From the NCBI GenBank assembly GCA_002633005.1, contig NMRA01000332.1, forward strand, positions 73,121-137,120: a stretch of DNA of 64,000 bases, given 5' to 3'. Shown piece after piece: positions 22,901-35,800 of this stretch. Under the pieces are notes generated by a model. It worked only from the letters and a program-made list of their open reading frames with translations, was not told where the DNA came from and searched no databases. Source of the DNA: Phoronis australis (lineage: Eukaryota; Animalia; Phoronida). A program made the position numbers and the translations under genes. How positions within the stretch are numbered: position 1 is the first letter of the stretch; every line of letters starts with the position of its first letter.

Positions 22901-25900
22901 CTTCATTTGCGGGTCTTTGGCAAATTATAGCTTCAGTATTCTGAGGTTGCCTTTTGCCACTTCGGGACTGAGATTGACTCCGACAAGAGTTCCTAGAATC
23001 CTATGTAGTTTGCATGTCTCTTTGTATTATGTTTGTTGTGATAGTGTAGGTTGTGACCTACAACCACTTTAGATAGGAACTGAAAATGATTCATATGTGA
23101 CAGTGGAGATTAAACCAGGAAACTAGGTATAGGGAAATTTTGTACCAAGACAGCACCAAAATATCCCTCCAACATTGAAGACAACGAAAAGTAAATATAG
23201 CTGTAAACAACAGTTTGTCTACCGGTACGTGAAACTTAATTCTTTCTCAAGGGGATCTTTAATTATCACACACAGAGAAGAGGATCAGATGATGGCAAAA
23301 AAGTAACAGAAAACTTGAGGTCCACGCTATGATGACAGGAAAAGGTGGCAGACTCCCAAAGAATTATATCCTCTCTCACTAAGTCTTGATCAGCTATAAA
23401 ATCGCACTTTTGTGTGATTCTCATAACATCAAATCAAATTAGTATATCCCCTGGCCTTAAGTGGCATTCCCAGGTGGTCATCTGGTAGTTTCCTACTCCT
23501 GTATTTAAGACTCTGTTGCATGGAACACGCCTAAAATCTGAAAAGCTACATTTCTCTGAAAAAAGCTGAACTCTGAAGTTTCTGAAGAGCTTTCTATTAA
23601 TGAAAACAATTTGGCAATGGGAAAAAATCATTTCACTAATAAAATTCACTGAATGGACTAAACAGAAAGGAAAGCTCAAAATTCCAACTTGCTAAACACT
23701 TAATTAACTTATGAATAATGAGAACAAAAAATTAATAATTTACAGGCGGCATTTAAAAATCTTGTTGCTGAAGAAAAAGGAGAATACTCCACTCCACATC
23801 AAACGTGAACAACTCAGATTTTTCAAGCACAAGAATAAGTTCCTCGGTTATTCGGAAGTAAAGTCATATATAGGTCACATTCTTCTGCATTTTCATCAAA
23901 CTTGTGCATTACCACAATGGTGTAATTTTGTCATAATTGTTCATTTGTTTGGGTTTGTTTTAGTCTATTGGTCTGCCTGTCATCGCTCAAAAATCACTCA
24001 GACCCTGTGTTGAGGCCAGGAATGACATACGGTTTTCGAATTGGTCTTGTTGTCTCTTAGTTTACTAAGTTGTCTCTTAATTGAATAACTGGTCACTTTG
24101 GATTTGCTTTTATGTTAGCACAGCAAAAGATTTCAGATATGTTTCGGTCAACTTGCTTTGTTTTCTGTCGAGTTACTTCTATGGCCCATCCATCCTGAGT
24201 ATCCATGTGATGTCAGTACTGCTCTTTTCTGTAGTGAATATGTTTATGTAGACCAAGTAGATCACCGGTCCAAACTTGTTCGAGTGACCTACTTGCTCAA
24301 CGACTTTGACACATTGCCCATTCGAAGAAGCATTGCTTGCAAGCGACAGGATGACCATTAACATATGTTTCAGAAACAGTGGTAGTTGCTTTCTGTATGT
24401 CAGGGCTCAAGTGATTTCGATTCAATAAAGTGTCGCAGAATGAAAGCGAGGTCTTAACACATTCTATCTATTCCCGTTTACATGACGCAAATACTTGAAG
24501 TGTAATTCACAATTGTATTTCTTGCACAATTATCTTGCTGTGCAGTCACTCTGACATGTGTGTACGATGTGTATGCACTCATTCTACTAACACTATAAGT
24601 TACATTGAACACTGCTGTTATTCATCTTTCTGATCTCTGATTTCGAATGATACATTCTGATTGCAGTCTCCGTGTAGCTCATTTAGGCATCTGTTGTTTT
24701 GCATAACTTGCTTTGTTTTTCTACAAAAAAATAAGGACATTCACTCAATTCATCAGTTTACCTGACATTTACTGTATTGTTTTACATGGACTATGGATAA
24801 AAATAATATTGTACTTGCTTTCTAGCCTAAGTCAGACTTTAGTCAAATTGAGCAGAAGTTGACAGCTTAGTGCATTCACCTCAGGAAGGCGAACAGAATT
24901 TCGTTCATACATGAGCTAGACTATTTGTTGTATAATGTTTAAGCATTACGCCTTAAAAAGAGAAATTAGCGTTGTTAACTGGGTGTGATTGGAAATATTC
25001 TTATAACTGCAGTAACACCCAGTGAATGAATGAACTTATTTAAGAAAGCAGGTGAAAATTCAAAAATAATTCCAATATTCATTTGGCCAAAATATAAATG
25101 ACATTTTTAGTTGAAAATTGGGTCTACTGAACATCCATTTGACTGTGCTAAAATATATGTGCATCCAACAGTGTGTGGTACATCGTTCCTATTCTACATC
25201 AATTTGTCATGTTCTGTTCTACACCACTATACTTCTAATTCAATAAGTGAAATACAACTACCGTTATTCTGCATGCATGCTAATTTTATCATTGTTTGCA
25301 ATTTCCTCTGATGGATGTTGAAGTTTTACAATGTATTCAGTTCCTGAAACTTTGGTTCAAATTGTGTTGCATTAGTTGTTTTCCACTATTTCTTGTATAA
25401 AAAGTTATGGAGAAACGGAGATTGTTTATTTTATACAAGCTTAGTTGTTAGAACTACAAGCGGTATTTGATTTTACAGTCATTTCTTCAAGTTGGACTTT
25501 CCTGAGTCCTAATTTGATCTGTAGGTTTTGAAATTTTTCCACTGACATTGTGCAATTCTTTGTTTAACATCTGTATAAGTAATAGTGCGATTCTGAGTAT
25601 ATGTTAAAACTGGTATTTCGTGTTTTCAGTTGTCTCATTGGTTCATCTATATACATGTAATCCCCGGTGTTCGCGTTTAAGCTTGATTATAAACTGTCCT
25701 TTTGGTTTATATCCCTCAAATTGTTTATTAAACTGAGGCAGCTGATCAAAAGTAGTTCCATCCGTTCACGTGTGGTTTTGGAGCATGGGTCTGATCTGTC
25801 TGTCAGCTATTAGCCGGGTGCTCATTGTAGTTATAGGTATTGTTGACAAGGATCTGAAGATTTTGAGACCAGACGAACAGTCGTCATAAAGACAGGTTTA

Positions 25901-28890
25901 GGCTGCCGAGAATGACTTGTTGGGGATAGAAGACTTACCTTCAATGCTTACCTCAGGATATTGATTGTTGGCAGCAATCAAAATCCTGGTTTGTAAATGA
26001 AATCGCTTTGTTAATTCTAGCTAAATTACATAAAGCAATTTGGCTAATGGTATTGCGGTCGTGTTTCATTTTCTGTTTAGCGCGTTTTAAACTCGTTGCC
26101 TGCATTAAAACTTATGAGTGGATTTCATTAACGAGATTTCTATACTTAACACATGAGACCAGTATGTCCAACAGTAGTAGTTTGACTACACTATACTACG
26201 GCTAAATGTATATTGGCGGTTAGTCACGGAGGAATAGATTTTTATGCATTAAAAATGACACAGTTTTCCTGAACGTTCTTTTTTTCGTAAGCAAAGCCAT
26301 GGTTTCGAGACGTTGTAGACATACATATAACACTTAAAACAGCCCGTCACTTGTGTTCTCAGTTAAAAATTTATGATTGACTTATTGCTTACCTGAAACA
26401 CATCGTTTTGTTTCTGGGTGTAGTTATTCCGCGAAAAGCATTCTAACTCTTTTCATCTATTTTGTGAGTCAAATTCAAGCGTCCTTTGTTAAAAATCTTG
26501 TTTTCACCGAGAGAAGGGATGAATGACTTAAAGCTACCACGAAGTTGGGCTTTTCTTTGGTATCTCACGGTGAAGGCGGCCATACATTTGGCAAGTGGCA
26601 GCAGGGAGCGGGGACCAGGCTAGATTTACATGTATCCTCCCGTCTTTGACGTTTCAGTTGAACAGCAATTATTCATATCGGTAGTAACCGTTGTTTTATT
26701 AGCTATGGAGATTTTGTTTTATGATGCAATGTTTCATATTACCTGAGCGGAGTGCCACAATTTTTATCCGGCTTTCAGAAACATCAATGACGGGGTCGCG
26801 GCGGCGACAACAGCAGCAGCGGCGGAAGCGGCAGGTGTAACAGCAGCAACACTAGTAATTAAAGAAATAGTCATAGTGATTGTGATCATATTTTATGTTA
26901 AACGGACCATGGGAAATCTAGAACATCACGCAAAGATACGAAACGATATTAGACGTAATACGAAGTTTGGGCATTCTGTGAGATCCAGAAACTACACGTA
27001 TCCTCCGACTACATCCGCTTCCCAAGTCTCTTGTCTTTACATTTTATAAAGTCAATTCGGGCAAACACAGGTGATGGCAAACAAGCACTGATTTTTTGAT
27101 ATTTCTGACATCCTATCAGGCTGAAATAATGCATCATTTCATTATTCTGAGTAACACGATTATTTGCTTTGGCTATGATTCATTCTGGTCCTTCGTACAT
27201 GTATTTATTGTTCTGCAATTCTTTCTCTGTTTCATTACACACCTGCGCCCTGCATCGCGGAATCTCGTTTCCCGAAACTCGATCTGAACACTAGTCAATT
27301 GCATACCACACGTCGAGTAAATTTAAACAATTTTGTTCATGACTATTGCGGCGTGGTTGGTTTATGTTCCTGAGTGAGTGTGTAGACGACGGCCCAGGCT
27401 GAAGTACCGGTACCATATAATATGCTACATAAGTCCATAGCCAAATTTTCGTGCACAGCATTTTTAAATTTCCAAGGTAAAACTAAGACCTGGCATTTCG
27501 AACTTCACCCCAAGTGCTGTTTCGTTTTGTATAAGTCCTACAACATTTTCATGGAATATCATTTTATCCATTCAACGTGTTTTAATTTTGACTGTACTTC
27601 TTATTGTGGTTATGACTAAGTGTCCGAAAACACGAGAGAATGACAACTGTCTCTATATATTAAAAGGGTACCAAAGCCGGTCATAGCCTATTAGCATATT
27701 AAAAACGTCTTTCAAAGTCTGCTAATTAGGTGAACGTGACCTATGCTTAAGGGAAGTTTCACATAACCGTGGGGAAAGGCCGCCCACCAAGAACAATAAC
27801 ATCCAACAGGGTATACATGTATGAGTTTTTAGTTCAATCCTGATTTGATCACACAAGTGGTACCCCATTAATGCGTTTAGCAGCTGACAGAACGAAGATT
27901 TTCAAATGTTCCCCGAAATACATTATTTCGCATTATTTATGGGATTTTACGGTAATTAAATAGACACCTGTGTACGATATAGAAGATCGTGATCATCCAA
28001 TGTTAACTTTTTATTGATCACATACCGTGTCGAAGTATTGTATAACCTCGTCATCACAATGCGTTTTTATTGCATGTGGAACCGTTGTAAAAAGTAATCG
28101 AGTATCCGTTCAATATGTTGGTCTAGTAGACTCTACACTGTTTTGTTCCCAAATGGTGAGGATATGCCACAGTCTCTTTCTCGTTAGAATTTAGTGGAAA
28201 TGAGATCTGCAATTTTATGCGGAAGTTTGCTGACAAATACTGCTGAATAACCTCCATAATACCTAAGTAAAACAGGAAACTATCTGCCAATGTAAAAATC
28301 CTTTATATTATACACAAATTGCCGAGTTTTCAGTGGTGTGGAGTTAAAGGATGCACCTTGTTTAATACTGGTTTTAATACATCAGTTTAGCTGGTCCTTG
28401 TTCCCGTACACTTATGTGACTATGTCTTTGCTGGTGTATGAGAAATCTAAGGTAAAATTTGCAGTATGATGAAAACAAATTATTACTTTGATGTAAGAAG
28501 ACTTGACACACAGGGGTAAATGTCGTCAGTAATCAAATAATTATGGATTCTTTTCCAACAACAACTTTCAATTGATAAAACGCCAAACACCCTGTCGCTC
28601 GACGATGTTCTAAGTTTTAGTAGAAAATTTTCACCTATATGTTATGGGGGTACCAATTGTAAATTTATTGCAAAATCTTGAAATTTATTAAGTTAACCAA
28701 TTATTAAATATGATTGCACTTTATCATGAATTTCGGATATTTGGAAATACATCGTCATTTTGGTTAAATAGCACGCTGCTATGTATACACAAACACTCGA
28801 TTTCATTGGTCAAACTTGAACGTCATGCTAATTATAAATTGCGTGCTAAAGTAACTATTTGTAAATATTAAGAAGTAACGGGGAATTTAA

Positions 28891-30305
28891 AATCGCCGCA
28901 CAAATAAAAAAGTTGACTCGACGTTTCGTCTATTCATTATACATCATCAGGTTATATATAATAAGACACCAAGTGTCGACATACCAGTCAGGTTACTCCC
29001 ATGTTGTGAAATGAGTGCAGCAAGAAATACAGCGAATAGTAAATAGGTCATCACTATAGCTGTATGGTTATTAAGAGAATCAGCAGCATGCTGGTCGTGA
29101 ATGGCCAATGACTCTTTAACGTACAGTAATTCCTTTAGAGGTTCTTTACAGCCACTGACAGAATTGGCTTGGTGATTGTTCCTAACACAATGTCTATAGA
29201 TGTTGCTTTTGTCTGAGGTGTGATGTTCTCTCAGTCTGTCACACAGGCGTCTCTGTGTGAGTAGAATTACTTACAGTTATCACATTCATATTTATAAACA
29301 TCATTGCGTTTGTTTAACAAAGGAATGGGTGACTTCATATTGAAAAGTTTACGAAGAAGTACAAGGCGAGATTATTGACGTTTCAAACTTGGCCCAGTGT
29401 AACCAAGAGAAAATAACACTTTTACAGCTATTCCAAAAAATAGAGGGTAACCATTGGCACCCAATAACTGGAAAATCATAACTACGTCACTATCAAAATT
29501 TAAATAGGTGGAACAAATTCTCCAGGTACGGTGTAACAAGCAATTGACTAGACCTCTTTTGTATTGGATCGGCACAAAATTATCAAATTCAAGATAAAGA
29601 ACTGAGCGTACCATAGACAGATGTTACATTGGTGCTATCCTCACGATTAATCAAGACATTTAGAAAAGGTAAACGCGACTCGTGCTCAGATTCATTGGTG
29701 AAGTTGATAAACGGATGCATATTGTTCATCTGACTGAAAAAGGTGTTGACTGAGTTCTTGAATGAAAACACAACAAACTCCGTATCGTCCAGGTAAATAC
29801 GATAAAATTGTGGTTTACAGTCCGGTGGACAACTAGCCAGAGCCTCAGCTTCAAGAATGCACATGAAAATATTAGCTAACACTGGGCCCAGAGGTGAGCC
29901 CATGGCTACATTGTCAATCTCATCATAAAAATTGTGACAGACTGAAAGAACATCACACCTCAGAAAAAAGCAACGTCTATAGACTTAGTGTTAGCAACAG
30001 TCACCAAGCCAATTCAGTTAGTGTTATCTGTAAAGAGACAATAAAGGACTTACTGTACATCAAAAAGTCATTGGCCGTTCAGGACAATCATGCTAATGAT
30101 TCATTTATGCAGAGCTCAGTGACCCTCAGGGTATGGTGATGACCTATATACTATTCCCTGTATTTCTTGCCACACTCATTTCACTACATGGATGTAACCT
30201 GAGTGGTATGTCGACACTTGATGTCTTGCTGTATATAACCTGATAATGTCTAATGAATAGGCGAAAGGTCAAATCAATAAGAACTATTTTCTTTGTGCGG
30301 CGATT
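28891..30305 (-). mobile_element. Penelope-like element (RT plus GIY-YIG region) with inverted pLTR
   Basis: RT motifs MGSPLGPVLANIFM, YRIYLDDT, LPFLNVLI, YKRGLV..L.HR, NGYP. Endonuclease region VYKYECDNC..RLCDRLREH. 28891-29243 is repeated in inverted orientation at 29933-30305. Confidence 0.9.
28915..28953 (-). ncRNA. Minimal hammerhead ribozyme motif in the Penelope pLTR; homologues at 17227-17262 (-) and 30238-30272 (+)
   Basis: CTGATGA, stem II (consensus GTCTA-loop-TAGAC), then GAAACGTC. Confidence 0.7.
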
Positions 30306-30591
30306 GTCCGTTGTTTTATCCCACTATGGCCAAAATTAACGGAGAATAATCACCATATATTATGTTATTCACACGTAACTTAATCTTTAATTAAAAATGG
30401 AACAATCAATATATATGAAGAATTTTGCTATAATTTGGCAAATGATAACCCATTGTACGATATTGCAAATATGACATTTTCCACCTCAAGTCGTTGCATA
30501 TGTCAGTATTTCTTATAATTCCCATTGTTTGCTGTAAAATGTCGTTAAATAGGGGATTGACAGTTTTCGGTTCCTGTTACCACACCACAAA

Positions 30592-31406
30592 GGAATGTTC
30601 TAAAACCCCCTTGACGGCCCCCTCGACCCCCACACCCTACGACCCTCTCGACCCAATCTACACAAGCTCGACTGGATCTGAACACAGAAAAAGCGCTGAC
30701 TTGCAGGACCAACAAGTGGGGCCTTGAGCTCGGCTTGCCTTTTCCTGTTTTTTTTTTGCAATTAAGAGAGTCGAATCGCCAAGTTTGAAAGCCAAATCAA
30801 TACAGAAAAAGAACAACGCGATCAAATTAAACCAAAGACCTACCAACTTTACAAATACCGTTCCCGGCAAAGTGTTATCGTCTCGTCTACTCTTCAGTGG
30901 ATGTCAGGTTCAAGCTTTTTTGGGAGAGTGCGAGGAACCGACGAATATGTAATTTCTTCAGTAAATACAGTTTGAAAAAACAAACCGTTAACCAAAGAGT
31001 ATTTCAACGTTACATGAAGTATATTATAAACGAGTATACAACAAAAAGCAAATAATATAAATTTGTAATTATGTCCATTAGCGCTCTCCCTAAGTTTAGT
31101 AGAACAGGGACACTGGTAGCCGCTCATGGAACTATTTCCGTGGCAATGATAGCTATTTCAGAACATGTTCTGACGCCACTTTTTTTAAACCACCGGACTT
31201 GAGCCAAAGCAGATTCGCGTGTACGTAAGTCTGACTGGAAAGACATTTAGCGACTTAAAATGATTATGAAATGTGTAAAAAGTGCAAAGATACATCTCTT
31301 GCCACAGGTCGTGGGTCTATGGGGTTGTTGTGGGGGTTGTGGGTCGAGGGGGCCGTGGGTCGAGGGAGTCGTGGGATGTGGTGTTGAGAAGGTTTTAGAA
31401 TGATCC
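30592..31406. mobile_element. Non-autonomous Mutator-like (MULE) element
   Basis: TIR GGAATGTTCTAAAACC / GGTTTTAGAATGATCC with subterminal CGACCC repeats. 9-bp flanks CACCACAAA / CACTGCAAA match at 7 of 9 positions. Confidence 0.7.
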
Positions 31407-32852
31407 CACTGCAAACATGTTTCCATGCAATGTTTCAATATTATCGGATCAAACTTCAAGATATCGTGACCGCAATACTTAATACTAATTTCTTTTCTAC
31501 CGCTCTGAAATTTAATTGAAGATTGTCCAAACGTGGTCGATGACAGATTGATAGTCACATGATCCATTAACTTTTGAAATCGGTTTTTGCATTCACTGAA
31601 GGCTCGTTAAGGCCCTTATATAAATTGCTTATGCTAATACTTAATAGTTTAGATGTTAATTACTTTTTCATCAGTGGAATCACCAGTTATTAAAAAAGAA
31701 GATGCAATCGATCATAGGGCTTCCTAACGAAGATATTGAAAGAAGCGCATTTGATTACAGATGACCTCTTGGGGTTAACAGGTGGTGCTATATTTTGAAC
31801 ACATATCTACATCTTTCCTGCTAAAACCAGAAATTACTACGGTAATACGCAAAAATGTGGACTTTGGTCAGAAGAAAGTGATACTTAACATCCATAAGAC
31901 GCTTCAAGGTTGGTCAAACTTGATTAGACAAAGTGAAAACTTTGAGACAGTTTCATAACCTGCTATAGGATTACCTACATAGAGGTATCAGAGCTCCGTT
32001 CCAGCCTACAGTATATATACAGGTTACGTAACAATAGTAAATCATGCCAGGAGGTAAAGACACACCTAGTGCAGGACCTGCCACCGGCTTGCGCACCCGG
32101 ACCTTACCTTCATATGTGACCCAATCTGAAAGTAATCTACCTGATATATCTAATAGAGAACTCCTAGAACAATTAAAATGACAAACTTTGAGAATGTGAG
32201 AGAAGATTTTTCTGGTAAAATAGAATCCCTAAGTCGTCAATGCTTGCAAATTAAGCAGGAAAATGTTGGTTTAAGACAACAGGTGGAGCAATTGAAAAAC
32301 AAAGTCGATGATGTAGAGAACAGGTCTAGATGGGACAACCTAATTTTTCACGACACTTCTGAGGGGAATTCTGAATCATGGGAAGAAGCGAAAACTGCAG
32401 TAAAGGAACTAGTCAATAACCACCTAGCGGATATATCAGAGGTAAAGATTGAGCGGGCCCATAGGATTGGACGCAAGAACCCTAATAAACCTCGACCAAT
32501 CATCGCAAAGATGGAATCATTCAAGGACAAATTGCAGATCTAAAAGGCAAACGAAAAGTAAGGAGTGAAACACAATTCTCAGTGGCTGAAGACTTCAGCA
32601 AGAAAGTTCGTATCGCTAGATCAAAGTTATGTCAGTTCTCAAGAGCTAATAATTTTACAGAAGCCGCAATAAAATTCGACTAACTTTACCACAACAGAAA
32701 AATGCACCTGTGTGACTATCATATAGATAAAGTCTGCAGCAAGGATAGATACATCTTTAGAGCCAGAACGGAGACAAATGAAGAGGATGATAGCAAATAG
32801 CAAACAATGACAAGAGAAATGAGAATTGGATCATGGAACATAGGGGGGCTAG

Positions 32853-35800
32853 TAGTCCAGTCATTCTAGGGCTCCAGAGGGCCCAACCTAGAAAAAAATG
32901 CAACAGAAGGTTTTTTTGCATAAATGGCGTCTTCAAACATCCCTTAGTGTCAGAAAAAATCTACCGAAATCGGAGTGACGGAAGTCGGTTTTTCAAGATG
33001 GCGGAAAAAATGGCCGACAAAACCGGTGATTACTGTTTTCTGGCATATTACTCTTATGTAACAGCTAAAAATAAAACAATGAAGTTTGTCATTGATTATA
33101 TACTTTTCATAACAGGCATACCAATCAAAAGATGCCAATTTTCCGTAAAATAAAACCAATATGGCCGACAAAATGGCGGCCGAAACGGCAATTTGGTACA
33201 TGTTAAAAGATTTCTTTTCATATTTTGCCCTGAAAATGGCAAAAATATTATTCTTTTTTAAGTTAGACAATTGAAAATATCTGGACCTTACAATTGGTCA
33301 CTGGTTAGCGAGAAAAACATCAAGATGGCTGACAAAATGGCCGCCAAAATGGCTGCCAATTCACAAACCCCAATTTACCGCATTTCATTATTCATTATTC
33401 ATTATTCATTATACAAACCCTTAATAAAATTGGGCAGAAAGTGGCTTTTTTCTCTGCTATTGGAGATATTAGTTGTTCTCAAGCATCGATTTCGTCTGCT
33501 GCTGGCATGTATTGAGAATTGGCTGCTGATTTCACCTGAATTTGATGAAAAGCAAATACGATTGTGTAACAAAAAGTTATTAATTAAATTTTGATAGTTA
33601 GGACCCACAATATGTTTAATGTGCTTGCTTTTTTGAACATAGGTAAATGATTTTAGTGGAAATCAGAGCCCGCAAACAAAACGATAGTGATCTGCAGTCA
33701 CTTGTTCTTAGCCAGGCTTGGAAGAATTCATACTGAGATGAGCTTTCTGGAATGTATTGGATACGTAATGTCAAGCACAGGGCTTCAAGGAGTTCTTGAG
33801 ACGGTGTATGTTTCAAACAGTGTGATCCTTATGTTAAATGGGAGAAGTGTGGATAAAGCAGTGAGGGGGCATATGTTGGTAGACTCAGCACTGAATGCTA
33901 TCATAAAAGCCAGAACATTCAACATCGCACTTAGAAATATTGACAGATCAAGCAACGTCAATCCAAAACCAATGGAGAAAGAAATTCAGGTTCTTCAGAA
34001 ATTCCAGGAGTCCAGGATGTCACCAACACAGAACATACAGATTACATGCTAAGAAGTGGAGCAGTTCAATGCTTGTGCACAAATTTTGGCTCGTCAGAAT
34101 ATGGAGACAGATTCTTCAGCCTTCTCAGACATCCCAACTGATCACATAACTAGATGTATACTATAGGGCATGCCATGCCCAGCCAGGGTCTTCCGATTCT
34201 GAACGTTGGATTACAGTGGAATGCCCTCACGAGAGTTCACTTCTGGTTTCCGACCTACTGCCATTGGTATATTCAAAAACGACTGAATCAGAGTATAGGT
34301 CTTCAGAATTCACAGTGACAGAGAATAGTTCGTCAGAAGAATCAATAGACAATGATATTCTTCATGATGATTTGAGAGCTGGTCTGAAGCGGTATGATGA
34401 TCTTATTGCTGGCATGACGTCTGTGTGCGACGATGTATGCTCATCGGAGTGTCTTGTGGGTATCCATAAAAATCAAAGCACATAAATCAGACTTGTCCAT
34501 GCCATGTCCAATCATTAGTCTTTGACTACAGTACATGAAGAAATGATGCCTTACTTTGCAGCTGCTGGTCACAACTCTTATGCAAAATCTTCATACATAT
34601 ACTTGACTGAAGCAGACGTAGCAACTCAAAGACACCCGTGCAGACGTCTACGGCCAACAAACCATAAGACAAAGTGACAGATTCTGGGAAGGCATGTCAT
34701 AATGAGATATGACATTTTAATTGAACAAATGCTCATGAAAAGTATTAAAACAACAGGAGGTTTAACTAGAGATTACGAAATTGGAAATACACAGAGTGCA
34801 CCGTGGCTGCTTTCCTTGCCGGCATGCTCAAGTATAAATGGTGCCATGCAGACTGTGACAAACTTGAGTTGTGAAACAAGCCAGCAGCATAAATAATGTA
34901 CCCAGACAAGACAGTCGCGTGACGACAAAGACATCCGCAGCATTGTTGAATTCCTCCACAACAGTAACCCATATAAAAGATAAACATTACAGAACATCGC
35001 CACTGGTGTGACTGCAGGCACATGCGTTAGTGCCGAAAATGCCAGAGAAGTGGGGAAGGCGGTTCACTTCTCTATGGAGGGGTCAAGAGTGAAAGACTTC
35101 ATATTCATAAAGAAAGACAAGGCTGTGGCAATGAGAAGTCAATCAGTTCATGCTGCTAATAGTAGTTTTACACAAGGAAGTCCACGACTGCTATTTCAGC
35201 GAATCCTGACAGCTGCAAAAGACAACAGTGAATGTTCATCAAGCCTTTTGAAGTTTGAGCTGCGTGTTGGTTCCACTGTTCTTTTTGATACATCTGGTCT
35301 TCCCAGAGTCGATAATAAATCAATATGAGCTGATGCACTCTGGTCCAGTGGTTCTGAGGATTTCAATTTCCAGAAAACACGGCGATGCATGTAATCGATG
35401 TCGGTTCTCTCCTTCACCGTATTCCATAGCCTAGAGGTGCAACGTATCAGTCATTTGGTAGAGCTTATGTGGATTACATCAGCAAGTGCACCCAGCCTAT
35501 TGTTGTTTTTGATGGTTACTGAGATGGACCATCAACTAAAGATGTCTCTCATGTTCGAAGACTGGGTGGGGTGGTTGGAACTGAAGTTCACTTCAATGGT
35601 GACATGGTGATCAAGTAAAAAAGGAACATTTTGGCAAAAAGCAAAAACAAACGATTCACTCACTTCTTGTCAAGTTTGCTAGGAAATGCTGGTTGCACAG
35701 TGGTACAAGCTCTAGGGGACGCAGATGTTTTAATTGTAGAAACAGCAGTAGAGAACGCAATACAAGGTCCAACTACCCTTATTGCAGACGATACAGACTT

